DNA of 64,000 nt, taken from NCBI RefSeq assembly GCF_009914755.1, contig NC_060943.1. One strand, 5' to 3'. Position 1 is the stretch's first letter. Every line of letters starts with the position of its first letter. Positions 40,631 through 54,765 of this stretch are shown here, piece by piece. This DNA comes from the human T2T-CHM13v2.0 reference genome, Homo sapiens. Made by a program: the position numbers and the translations under genes. Below the pieces are notes generated by a model. The model did not search any database, had not been told where the DNA came from, and saw nothing but the letters and a program-made list of their open reading frames with translations.

Positions 40631-42004
40631 TTTATCTATCTTTTGCAGACAAGGTCTCGCTCTGTCACTCAGTATGGAGTGCAGTGGTACAATCACGGCT
40701 CACTGCAGCCCCAACCTCCAGGGCTCAAGCAATCCTCCCCACCTCAGCCTCCTGAGTAGCTGGGACCACCAGCGTGTGCCACCATGCACGGCACATTTCG
40801 TAGGCATCTGAAAAGATGCTCAACACCATATGTCACTAGGGAATTCAAATTAAATTTATGATGAGATACCATTACACATCTATTAGACTGGCTTGAATCC
40901 AAACACCAACAACACCAAATGCTGGTGAACATACGGAGCGACAGGAATTCTCATCTATTGCTGCTGGGAATGCAAAATGGTACAGCCACTGTGGAAGGCA
41001 GTTTTGCAAGTTCCTGCCAGACTAAACATAAGCTTACCATACTATCCGGCAAAAAAAAATAAAAATTTAAAATATGTTTTATATACTTAACAATATATAA
41101 AGAAATATATATTTTCTATATATTTTAAAAATAATTGTTTTAAATTTTTTGTAGAGACAGGGTCTCCCTATGTTGCCCAGCCTGCAGAATCTATTAATTT
41201 AAAAAACGTTTTAAACTCTTGAACAAGGAATTATTTGAAGAGTGAAAAATAAAATGATAGAATATTGATTGATAAATTCCAAATGTTGAATATTAAATAA
41301 TTTGGATTAATTTTAAATTCCGAAAAGCAAAACTTTAAAAAATATTTTTAAAATGTCCTAATCCCATGTCAATGCATGTTCAACAAATTCAAGAGCCAAT
41401 TTCAGAGAAGAAATAAGTGGTCAACAACAAGTTCTTAGGTTTTGACTTTATTTGTTGACTATTTGTATTTGTGAATGGCGAAGTTTAGATTTTGTTTCTT
41501 TCTTCTTAGGGTATTGACTAATAATTTTATTAAGCCAGAGAGACAGTAAATAGAATTATTATCTATTTGTCCATTTTATCTGTTATAAATATTTCTTCCA
41601 AACTCACTTATCTAAAGTTTTCGGGTTTTTTAGCTGGCGCAGTGGCTCATGCCTGTAATCCCAGCACTTTAGGAGGCTGAGGCAGGAGGATCACTTGAGG
41701 TCAGCAGTTCAAGACCAGCCTGGGCAACATGGAAAAACTCTGTACCTACTAAACATACAAAAATTAGCCGGGCTGCCAGGCACAGTGGCTCATACCTGTA
41801 ATCCCAGCAATTTGGGAGGCCGAGGCAGGCAGATCACCTGAGGTCGGGAGTTAGAGACCAGCCTGACCAACATGGAGCAACCTGGTCTCTGCTAAAAATA
41901 CAAAATTTTTGGCCGGGCGCGGTGGCTCACGCCTGTGATCCCAGCACTTTGGGAGGCCGAGGCGGGCGGATCACGAGGTGAGGAGATCAAGACCATCCTG
42001 GTTA

Positions 42005-42169
<165 letters not shown>

Positions 42170-42190
42170 CTACAGAGCGAGACTCGGTCT

Positions 42191-42369
<179 letters not shown>

Positions 42370-42621
42370 TCAAAAAAAAAAAAAAAAAAAAAAAAGCCGG
42401 GCACGGTGGCGCATGCCTGTAGTCCCAGCTACTCGGGAGGCTGAGGCAGGAGAATCCCTTGAGCCCAGGAGGCGGAGGTTGCATGAGCTGAGATCGCACC
42501 ACTGCACTTCAGCCTGGGAAGTAAAAAGGTTTTTTTCGTTTTGTTTTGTTTAAACTGTTTTTTTTTTTTTACCATTCAGATATATGGAATGTTTATAGAT
42601 ATCTACCAAGATAAATAATTA

Positions 42622-43092
<471 letters not shown>

Positions 43093-43118
43093 TCAGGAGA
43101 TCGAGACCATCCTGCCTA

Positions 43119-43634
<516 letters not shown>

Positions 43635-43849
43635 CTAAAACAAACAAACAAGCAAACAAGCCTATTCCAAAACAAAAATAATGAAAGTATTTATTTCTTT
43701 GGATGTTTTTAAATAAAATTTTTAATCATATGTATTCGTGTCCAAAGGTGAAGAACATAATGTATTGAAGAATGTGGTGGGACTTAAGTCACTCCTATAG
43801 GACCTGAGTCCATTTACCTAACCCTTTTCTTTTACCCGAGTCAGGTTCC

Positions 43850-44480
43850 ACCCAGACTCGCCTCCTACTGGCGCTGAGAACGCAGCGACTCCACCCTTAG
43901 CCTCAGGTCGGGGGCCCCAGCATTTGTCTGATCTGCGCTTGCGTACTCCTAGGCCAGGTGGCCACTCCCAGAGGTGTCCCAGGCTCGCGCGGTGGGCGGG
44001 GCGCGCGGTCCTCGTGGTCACATCCGTATTTCCTGTAGGTTTTTAGGACTCTGGACTCCACTTCTCAGGGTTGCCTGCGGTCCTGACTGTTCCGTCTTGG
44101 ACTACATATTCCACGGGCGACGGAGAAATCTTGTACCTCTGGCTCCGTCTCCTGGACCTCTGCGCTGCCCGTGACCTGGTCCCACCTGAGGAAGAAGGCG
44201 GCGCGGGTCGCTGCCGGAGCTTCTGCAGCCCCAGCCCGCAGCCCGCGCGGGACCCTGCGTGGCGGTGAGAGTGGAGCTGCAGGAGGCACTCAGAGCGCGG
44301 AGGCCTCGGGCGCGGGCCGGACTTGTCTCCCACCTACTCAGGCCTTGGGGTGCTGGAGCTGCGAAGGAAGGGGCTCATCTCTAGGGAGACAGGTGGAGAA
44401 CGTCTCCTTTGTGACGTGGAGACTGAGAAGGGTGCGTGAATGTGTTGTGTGACCGGGACATAGCGTGAGTGTCCTTTGAA
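43850..44480 (+). promoter_or_regulatory. Second CpG island: promoter and first exon of a plus-strand ZNF paralogue/pseudogene unit
   Basis: Dense CpG, with GC box GGGCGGGGC (~43994), NRF1-like TGCGCTTGCGTA (~43934), ETS-like ACATCCG (~44019), ACTACAtaTTCCA (44101-44113) and donor GCG|gtgaga (~44264). Downstream sequence is homologous to ZNF573 intron 1. Confidence 0.75.
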
Positions 44481-44677
44481 AGCGTGCTTTGCTATAACTC
44501 TGTGGTGTCACTGACCCGTGGGTCAGGGTCTCAGTTTCCCTGTCTCCTCTCAGCCTCGTATGACTGCCACAGAGAAATGATCTAAGCGCAAAATCAGATA
44601 CTGAGCCTTAGATGAAGTTTTCCAGTGAGAAGAAACGGATAGGATGGGAAGCTTAGAGCAGGAATTCCCTTAAGACG

Positions 44678-45138
44678 GTGTGATAGACTCTTTTAAAGAA
44701 AAAATATTCAGTCTTTAACACTCGTTAAAGCATGCAAAGGAAGACTTTATTCAGGATCATCGTGATAGGTATTGGAAGCACAGCAGTGAGATTTTGCAAT
44801 GGGTACAAGAGATTGGGTTCAACTCCAAATTCAGCATGAACGAGTAGGAATTTATAGTCAAGGAGCAGGTTAGGGATCACTGGATGACAAAATACTAAGA
44901 GGAAATGTCTGGGATAAGTAGGATTCTGGCTAAACGCACCTGTTGGGATTCTTTCTGAAGAGAGAGACCTGGATGATAAGACATCATCGCCTGGGGGATA
45001 GTGGAGGATGAAGATGGGGGGCAGAGGGTTCTTGCTAAACTGACTTAAAAGGGGCCTTTGTTATTGTTGGATTTTATAATGAAGTGTACAGATGGGCCCA
45101 GGGGAAGGTGTAAGAGCCTGAGTAAAGTTTGGTCACGC
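44678..45138. mobile_element. LTR-like element inserted in the paralogous intron 1
   Basis: TG...CA bounded ~460-bp block with LTR-like composition that interrupts homology to ZNF573 intron 1. Confidence 0.45.
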
Positions 45139-45230
45139 AGGGTTTGTGTAGGATTCCTTCCTGGAAGGGTTGTACACTCCGCCCCCATCTCCCGGTTCTT
45201 GGAGTTTCATTTACGTGTTTAAGAATCACG

Positions 45231-47605
45231 TGGATGGTGAACCCTGATTCTGAAGTCGGTGTCTGCTGTGTTCATGGCAGGATTCGGTTAGGAGGAACAG
45301 CACAGCATGCTGGGCTCTGGATTTAAAGCTGAGCACTTAAGAGTGAATTTGAGATTAGTCATAAATCGCCTTGAACTATTGGAGGAAAAAAAAAAAAACA
45401 GAACTGGCCCAGAAAGCAAGGAAGGAGATTGCTCACTATCTGGCTGCTGGGAAAGATGAACGAGCTCGGATCCGTGTGGAGCACATTATCCGGGAAGACT
45501 ACTTCGTGGAGGCCATGGAGATCCTGGAGCTGTACTGTGATCTGCTGCTGGCTCGGTTTGGCCTTATCCAGTCTATGAAGGAACTAGATTCTGGTCTGGC
45601 TGAATCTGTGTCTACATTGATCTGGGCTGCTCCTCGACTCCAGTCAGAAGTGGCTGAGTTGAAAATAGTTGCTGATCAGCTCTGTGCCAAGTATAGCAAG
45701 TAATATGGCAAGCTATGTAGGACCAACCAGATTGGAACTGTGAATGACAGGCTAATGCACAATCTGAGTGTGGAAGCCCCATCCAAAATCCTGGTGGAGA
45801 GATACCTGATTGAAATTGCGAAGAATTACAATGTACCCTATGAACCTGACTCTGTGGTCATGGCAGAAGCTCCTTCTGGGGTAGAGACAGATCTTATTGA
45901 TGTTGGATTCACAGATGATGTGAAGAAAGGAGGCCCTGGAAGAGGAGGGGGTGGTGGGTTCACAGCACCAGTTGGTGGACCTGATGGAATGGTGCCAATG
46001 CCCATGCCTATGCCCATGCCATCTGCAAATACTCCTTTCTCATATCCACTGCCAAAGGGACCATCAGATTTCAATGGACTGCCAATGGGGACTTACCAGG
46101 CCTTTCCCAATATTTATCCATCTCAGATACCAGCAACTCCCCCATCATATGAATCTGTAGATGACATTAATGCTGATAAGAATATCTCTTCTGCACAGAT
46201 TGTTGGTCCTGGACCCAAGCCAGAAGCCTCTGCAAAGCTTCCTTCCTGACCTGCGGATAACTATGACAACTTTGTCCTACCAGAGTTGCCATCTGTGCCA
46301 GACACACTACCAACTGCATTTGCTGGTGCCAGCACCTCAGCATCTGAAGACATTGACTTTGATGATCTTTCCCAGAGGTTTGAAGAGCTGAAAAAGAAAA
46401 TATAGGTCTCTTAAACCAGGCAACTTTCATATTCTGGGAGTTGAGACTGAGCAATTTCTCCTTGTAACAAAGAATCTCCATGAAATTCCTTTTCATCTGT
46501 TAACCGTCACTGAGCACAACACTCCTCCTCTGGGCTCTCTGCCTGCTCCTCCAGATTCTGCTGCTTTCCAGTTCTCTGTTGATCCTGAGACTAACAACCG
46601 GAGACTGAGGCTGGAGCAACTGGCTCCTGGCAGCTGTGCTTGTCCCTTTTCTGTCAGAGTGATCCCAGGTTTCCTCCTGGCCCATCCCATGGTCCCTCCA
46701 CAGGAGCATAAGAGGATGGGAAAGCACTATGGGGAGACCACCAAAGATGGCTGGACAGTGGGAGAGAGCACGTCGTGAAGCATCCCAGCCTCGTGTTGAG
46801 GTTCCAGACTTAGAAACAAACCCCTCTGTACAGGGGGATTGTGGTGAGTGAGAATCAAGGCCACGGTGTGTGTTTTCGCACTCGAATGCAAGTGGGAGAG
46901 AGAAAATGACTCAGGACGCCATTGTAACGGTTCCTGGAAGCTGGGCCCTCTCATTGGCATATACACTACTCCTCGCCGCAGGGCACTGTCCCACCGGGAT
47001 CCAGTTGCAAAGTTTGTCTCGACAGTTTAAGGCCTCGCTTAGTTGTACTGGATTCTCAGGGAGTCCTCTGTGGCCTTTTGCTCTGAGTGCTGTTTCCCTT
47101 GTACCAGAGGGCAGCACCATGGAAATTCTGTTTTTCCTGTAGCATATTGTGTTGGATTGCCTTACTGGCAGAGAAAGGACAAGTTGCCATTGAAGTCTAG
47201 GGTGGGCTTCCAGCTGCCTTAATAGAAGTACTCAAGTCTTTTGGGTAGTGAGCTGGAAAGCCTACAGGAAAAAAGGGGTACCTGTTTTCATTTGAAAACT
47301 TTGATTCATGGAAACTTTAAAACTAATCTCAGATAAATTTTTGGTGCAAATGTGGCTGTAGTTGTCCACTGCTTTCCTGGATGGATGGGACTCTTATGTC
47401 ATAACTTCTATACTCCTTTGGCCCATAGCTAAGGTCATCCTTCCCCACAGGGGTGGCTTTGGGATTGGATTATACAGCTTTTGCTTCTGTGTAGTATACC
47501 TGTACATACCTGTTTCAGGAAGCCTTTCTTTAATGTTTTCAGTTGGTTTGTATTCTGTAGCTCAGTAGCTGCTAATAAAGTTAAAGATCCTGGAAAAAAA
47601 AAAAA
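45231..47605 (+). pseudogene. IST1: IST1 (ESCRT-III associated factor) processed pseudogene with 5'UTR, CDS and 3'UTR
   Basis: Intronless. ATG at 45307 (MLGSGFKAEHLRVNLRL...) runs to the natural stop at 46403-46405 (...DDLSQRFEELKKKI*). Disablements are a frameshift at the A13 run (45386-45398), TAA at 45701-45703 and TGA at 46247-46249. AATAAA at 47574-47579 is followed by poly(A). TSD AAGAATCACG at 45221-45230 and 47606-47615, at a TT/AAGA L1 endonuclease site. Confidence 0.95.
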
Positions 47606-48914
47606 AAGAATCACGGCCTTCTTGAATTCTGACTCTAAGAACCTGCAGTGAAGGATGACTAGAGATTTCACCTACCATACTTCCTTCTGGTTATGTGTAT
47701 GAAATTATGCACCTGTAGCCTTGGAGGGGGAAACAGAAACACTATTTCGAGGAGTTTTTGGATCGTTCCGTTTTGGATTTCTGTAGATCAAAAGCAATAG
47801 GAATATGAACTCAGTTGTGATGTGTTCGTGCAAATGAAGGAAGTGAGCCGGAAATTTAAGTGCCCCAAAATAGGAATTCTTAGTCATTGGGTCCATTGTC
47901 TGTTTTTACGGGCATACAGGGCACCACAATCCCCCTGAAACTTTATATACATGTTTGTTAATTTGCATTTTTCCAGGGTTCCATCTTCCAAATTATTTAG
48001 ACTTGAGCTTTAGACCTGGAATCAGAGTGTTATACCTTTGAATGGTTTTGCAGAAAACTAATGATCAAGATTATGAGAATGGTTAAGAAAATCATACAAC
48101 ATCCATGGGATTGGACATTATACTGATAATAAAATTTATGTTTATAAAGAATTTGTTATTAGCTGCATACCAGATATCAGGGAAACAAAAAATAATAAGA
48201 ATTTGTCATTAACGGAAAAATGACTGTGATCTAACCTTAAACAGTATTCACAGTTGTAGATCACAGTTCTCAAAAACTGTATATGCATCCCATTTTTTAA
48301 AAATGGAAGTTTCCAAAACCTTTTGCAAGGATTGTATCTAATATGACCATTCAATTGGTTTTTCAGAGAAGAATAGAAGGGGAGAGGCCACATTTATTGA
48401 ACATCTAATGTGTACCCAAATCATGTGGTCTGTTTTCTGTATCTTTTCTCATTTAATGCGCAAAGACCATTTCCCTGTTCATTAAGGGAAGAATCTTAAT
48501 AGTGAAATGTTTCTAATTATGTAGAAGTGGCACAGCTAAAGGCTATTCAAGAGGACACATGTTACATGACACGTTGATACTTTTTAATTCTAGTCCTAGT
48601 ACTTAGGTTTCTTTTCATGACAAAAATGTACCCTCTTCTAAAAAGTTTAATGCTTTGGAATGTATTGATGTTCTATTTGTAATGATGGAATTAAGGCAGG
48701 CTCATTGCAAAAATTTCATTACCTAAGGAAGTTATGAAGAAGAAAGAATAACCCCAAATCCCCCCTGCCCAGAGAAAATCACTTTACATATTTTGGTGTA
48801 TGTGTTTCTAATTTTCATGTATGAACATTTGTGTGTAGTTTTGTCATTGCAGAAGAGAATTAATAGAGACACAAAGACTCCAACTGTTAGTTCGAAAATG
48901 GAATCTACCTCAAT

Positions 48915-49475
48915 TGTTGCTGTTAAACCAAAATTATGGTATGGTATTGCTTTGGACTGAGCTTCTGCACTAGGCTCCAACAGACCACACCAAACCAAAA
49001 TGAAGTCACTCATGCTAAATGCCACATTATCAAACTGAAACTTTAAGGGAGCAGATAAATCTCAAAAAAAACCTGTTTTTCCTGAAAACAAGAGATTCCA
49101 GTCTAAATAATTGATGTTCACCACTCCTTTCTTATTTTTAATTTAAAAAACTTTTTTTTAAAGACAGGGTCTCACTCTGTCACCCAGGTTAGAATGCAGT
49201 GGAGTGGTTATGGCTCACTGCAGCTTCAAACTCCCGGGCTCAAGCGTTCCTCCCGCCTCAGCCTCCCAAGTAGCTGGGACTACAGACGTCCGTCACCAGG
49301 CCTCAGTTCTTTTTTCTCTAGTTCTGTTATTTGTTCCCACCTTACACAAAACCCACTGCATTGGGCAAGGGCTCTCATTCTATTTTATACAATGGAGGCT
49401 GCCCCGTTTGTGAATCCCAAATAAAAGCCCATGAGATCTAAAGTCAATTTATTGTAACTTTGTCTTTTGACGTGG
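48915..49475 (+). mobile_element. ERV1 LTR fragment split by an Alu arm (49150-49305)
   Basis: ACTAGGCTCCAACAGACCACACCAAACCAAAATGAAGTCACTCATGCTAAATGCCAC, with AATAAAAGCC near the end. Confidence 0.5.
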
Positions 49476-49795
49476 GTTTCCATATATCTGTGTATCTTAG
49501 GAGGATAGGGAAGTACCAGGGACCACCTGAGGTGAAAAACAACTACGTATTTACGCCTTTTAGATACTAAAAACATCATTTAACACTCAAGACGTCACAA
49601 ATTATGAAGTAAGATATCCTCTCAGAATTAATAATTTATGCTGGGCTCATGTCTGTAAAATCCCAGCACTTTGGGAGGCTGAGGTGGGTAGATCGCTTGA
49701 GCCCAGGAGTTTGAGACCAGCCTGGGCAACATGGTGAAACCCTGTCTCTACAAAAAATACAAAAATTAGCTGGGCATGGGAGCGCTTGCCTATAG

Positions 49796-50159
49796 AACCC
49801 ATATAGGCTGCGGGGTTCCGCTCTCCAGGAGAACGACTCTCGGGTGAGAGAGCAGCCCACAGGCACACAGGCAGACCTGTCCTCGAGGTCATGGAGGGCA
49901 TGACTTTTGGGGAGACTCACCCGAACACCGTCCGGGCAGGCCTGAGGCTGGGATGCCACGCTGCTCCTCCCGGATTCTGCCTGTGGTTTCATCATCCTGG
50001 TCCTAACTCCGCCACTCATGGCATCCGGAGACCATCCCATCAACACCCTGGAGAGGTCAAGCCAGAGCCTCAGGGTCCTCACACCCAAGCACCGGAACGG
50101 AGGGCTCCTGCATTGCCAAGCCTCAGGGACTAGTTTCTCAGGCAACTGTGGGACTGTAC
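49796..50159. repeat. SST1 (NBL2/MER22) macrosatellite-like fragment inside an Alu
   Basis: GC-rich non-Alu block containing GACTTTTGGGGAGACTCACCCGAACACCGTCCGGGCAGGCCTGAGGCTGGGATGCC and GGAGGGCTCCTGCATTGCCAAGCCTC, recognised from memory as SST1. Confidence 0.7.
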
Positions 50160-50345
50160 TCACTTGAGCCCAGGAGTCTCAGGCTGCAGTGAGCTGCGAC
50201 AGCACCACTGCACTCAAGCCTGGGCAACAGAGTGAGCCCCTGTCTCAGAAAAAAAAGTTAAAAATGTTCAAAAGGTACTGAGTGGTCAGAAAAACAGAAT
50301 AAATGCCTCCTATCTTGTATCTTTTTGTTTTGTTTTTTGAGATAG

Positions 50346-50555
<210 letters not shown>

Positions 50556-50786
50556 TGATACGCCTGCCTCGGCCTCCCAAAGTGCTGGGATTACAGGCAT
50601 GAGCCATTGCACCCGGCCCTTATCTTGTATCTTTTGACATCTCATCATTAACATACACCTTTCTTCCACAATTAAATTTAGCATCATCATCTACAACAAA
50701 ATGTTCCTGCCCCATATACTGCCACTACTCCACTAACATAAATGCAAAGTTCTTCCAAGTGTCATAAGTTCCTGTGACCATTTTCA

Positions 50787-51095
<309 letters not shown>

Positions 51096-51224
51096 CTAGA
51101 TCATGCCACTGTGCTGTAGCCTGGGCCACAGATTGAGACTCCGTCTCAAAAAAAAAAAAAAAAAGAATAAAGACAGGCTTATGCATATAGAACTTGCTAC
51201 GTAGTAAGAGTTCTGTTTACATTT

Positions 51225-52220
51225 AAGTTCCATTTGTTTATGTTCTCTGTAGATTGTGGATATTAGGCCTTTGTTGGATACATAGTTCGTGAGTATCTTC
51301 TCCCATTCTGTAGGTTGTCTGTTTGCTCTGTTGGTAGTTTGTCTTGTTGTGTTAAAGCTTTTAGTTTAATTAGGTATCACTTGTCTATTTTTGTCTTTGC
51401 TGCTTTTTTGGAAACTCAGCCAAAAATTCCTTGCCAAGGCCCGTGTTGAGAAGAGTATTTCCTAGGTTGTCTTCCAGGATTTTTATAGTTTGATGTCTTG
51501 TATTTAAATCTTTAATCCATTTTGAGTTAATTTTTGTATATGGTGAAAGGTAAGGGGCCCAGCTTGAATCTTCTGCATATGGCTAGCCAGTTATCCCAGC
51601 ACCATTTATTGAATAGGGAGTCCTTTCCCCATTGCTCATTTTTGTTGACTTTGTCGAAGATCAGATGGTTGTAGGTGTGTGGCTTTATTTCTGGGTTCTC
51701 TAACCTGTTCCTTTGGTCTATGTGTCTGTTTTTGTACCAGTACCATGCTGTTTTGGTTACTGTAGTCTTGTAGTATAGTTTGAAGCTGCATATGTGATGC
51801 CTATCAGCAGTGGACTGAATAAAGAAAATGTGGTACATATACACCACGGAATACTACACAGGCGTAAAAAAAATAAATCATGTCCTTTGCAGCAACATGA
51901 ATGCAGCTGGAGGCCATTATCCTAAACGAATTAATGCAGCATCAGGAAACCAAATACCCTATGTTCTCACTTATAAGTGGGAGCTAAACATTGAGTACAC
52001 ATGGACACAGAGATGGGAACAACAGACACTGAGGCCTGCTTGAGTGGGAAGGGTGGCATGAGGCTATGGGTCAAAAAACTATTGGGTACTGTGGTCACTA
52101 CCTGGGTGATGATATCATTTGTACACCAAACCCCAGTGATATGCAATTTACCCATATAACAAGCCTGCACATGTATCCGTTAAACCTAAAAATAGAAAAA
52201 ATTAAAAATAAATAAATAAA
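51225..52220. mobile_element. L1P(B) insertion with 5' inversion (minus ~51225-51785, plus ~51795-52220)
   Basis: The minus strand encodes [24 protein letters not shown]. The plus strand carries the 3'UTR and an A-rich tail, the twin-priming architecture. Confidence 0.8.
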
Positions 52221-52418
52221 TGAGGTATAAGTCTAATTGCTGAACGTTGTGAAATGTAACCAACAGAGCCATTGAAAATAGAGTGGCCAGGCATGGTGGT
52301 TAATGAATGTAATCCCAGCACTTTGGGAGGCCGAGGTGGGTGGATCACGAGGCCAGGAGTTCAAGACCAGCCTGGCCAAGATGGTGAAACCCCATCTCTA
52401 CTAAAAATACAAAAATTA

Positions 52419-52523
<105 letters not shown>

Positions 52524-52982
52524 CTAGCCTCGGTGACAGAGCAAGACTCCGTCAAAAGGAAGAAAGAGAGAGAGAGGGAAAGAAAAAGAAAGGAAAGGAA
52601 AGGAAGAAGGAAAGGAAGGAAAGAAAGAAAAAAAAGAGTGAGAGTACCGTATTTGGAAAGTGGTCCAGGCACTGGGGTGAGTGTCAGCCAAGTCATCACC
52701 TGTGAGAACAGGAAGTCATCAGGTAATATATCAAGTTGATATATTGAGAAGGAGCAGGATCTACCTATTATATAACACAGAGATAATCACTCAGATATAT
52801 AGATTAGAAATAGTTTAGAAAATTTAAACATTTGATTATTCAGGGAGTAGACCTGGGAGCATTGGAGAAATAAGGTGGGGGAGTAGACTGCATGGAAAGC
52901 TCTTTCTTAGTGTATGATTTTTCAATGATGCACATAGGTTTCTTACATAACATGTAAAATTCAATTAAAGAAGAAACAAAGT

Positions 52983-53530
52983 TGTGTTCTGGGGTCCCAA
53001 AGGTTCAGTGATTAATTAGAAGAACTCACAAAACTGAGTCAAGCTGTTATACTCATGGTTATAGTTTATTACAACAAAAAGGTACAGATTAAAATCAGCA
53101 GCAGAAAAAGGTGCATAGGGCAGAGTTGAGGAGAGACCAAGCGCAAGCTTCCAGTTGTCCTCTCCCAGCGGCATCATGTGGACAGTGCTTAATTCACCCA
53201 GCGATATGTGGCAGAAAGTACAGAAAATACTCCCCAACAAAAAGCTTACCTGAGCCTTGGTGTTGAGGGTTTTACTGGAGGTTGGTCACATGGACAAGAG
53301 CACCCATTTGGATGACCTTAGTTTCTCTGTCTCCACCCTTCCCAAGGTCAAGCTGACACTGCATGGTCCAAGGTCCCCACAATAAATCACATTGTTAACA
53401 TGGACTATATAGGCAGGATATTCCAAGGAGTTAGAGGTTATTTTCCAGGAGCTGGGCTAGAGTCAAACCTTTCTTTGGAGTGTGCGGGGTTTGGACAATT
53501 CAGGCCTACTAAGTTTCCTTGACTGCACAC
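52983..53530. mobile_element. MER21-like LTR
   Basis: CAAGCTGTTATACTCATGGTTATAGTTTATTACA...CAAGCTTCCAGTTGTCCTCTCCCAG. A related copy lies at ~61400-61985. Confidence 0.7.
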
Positions 53531-53866
53531 AAGTGATAGTGAGTATGTAGGAAATGAGTAGTCTCATATATTGCTGGTGAAAGTATAGTGTTATATAAAC
53601 CTCCGGAAAGAAATCGAGTGTGTAGTGCGTAGACATTTTATTTGGTTTGTTTTTGTTTTTGTCTGAGACAGGTCTCACTCTGTCACTTGAGCTGGAGTGC
53701 ACTGGCGTGATCACAACTCACTGCAGCCTTGACCACCCAGGCTCCAGCTATCCCCCCACCTCAGTATCCTGAGTAGCTGGGTCCACAGGCACGTGCCACC
53801 ACACCCAGCTAATTTTTGTGTTTTTTGTACAGAGGGGGTTTCATCGTGTTGCCCAGGCTGGTCTCA

Positions 53867-54328
<462 letters not shown>

Positions 54329-54765
54329 TTACATTATATACGCATACGTTTGTTTCCTCGTGCAATCTGTTTCAGCAGAAGTAAAATCTCATAAAGATAG
54401 AAGTAAAAGAATATTTACAGAAGCATTATTTTTGGTTGCAAAAGTACTTTAATATCTTAAATGCTTATATAATGGAAGATAACTCTTAACAAAGAATTAG
54501 TTAACTTTTTATCTACTATAAAGGTATCTTAATATCTTTATACCTGAAGTGATATTTGTGGCAAATTGTTATATTTCAAAAGGAGAATGCTTTATAATTA
54601 AAGAAAAAAGAAAGAAACGTTATATAGTAGGCCTCCCTTATCTGCAGGAGACGTGCTCTAAGACCCTGTACCCAGAGGCTGCAGCTCCAGCCGCCCTGTC
54701 AAGCCAGCCTGCCAAGCTGCTCCTGCTCCAAACCAGCCATGTCTCCACCAATGCTGTGTGGCCCA

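Noticed and set aside
45371-46249. IST1-like ORFs as a functional retrogene
   Set aside because: An early frameshift and two nonsense codons fragment the ESCRT-III core, and the listed ORFs start at TTG/GTG.
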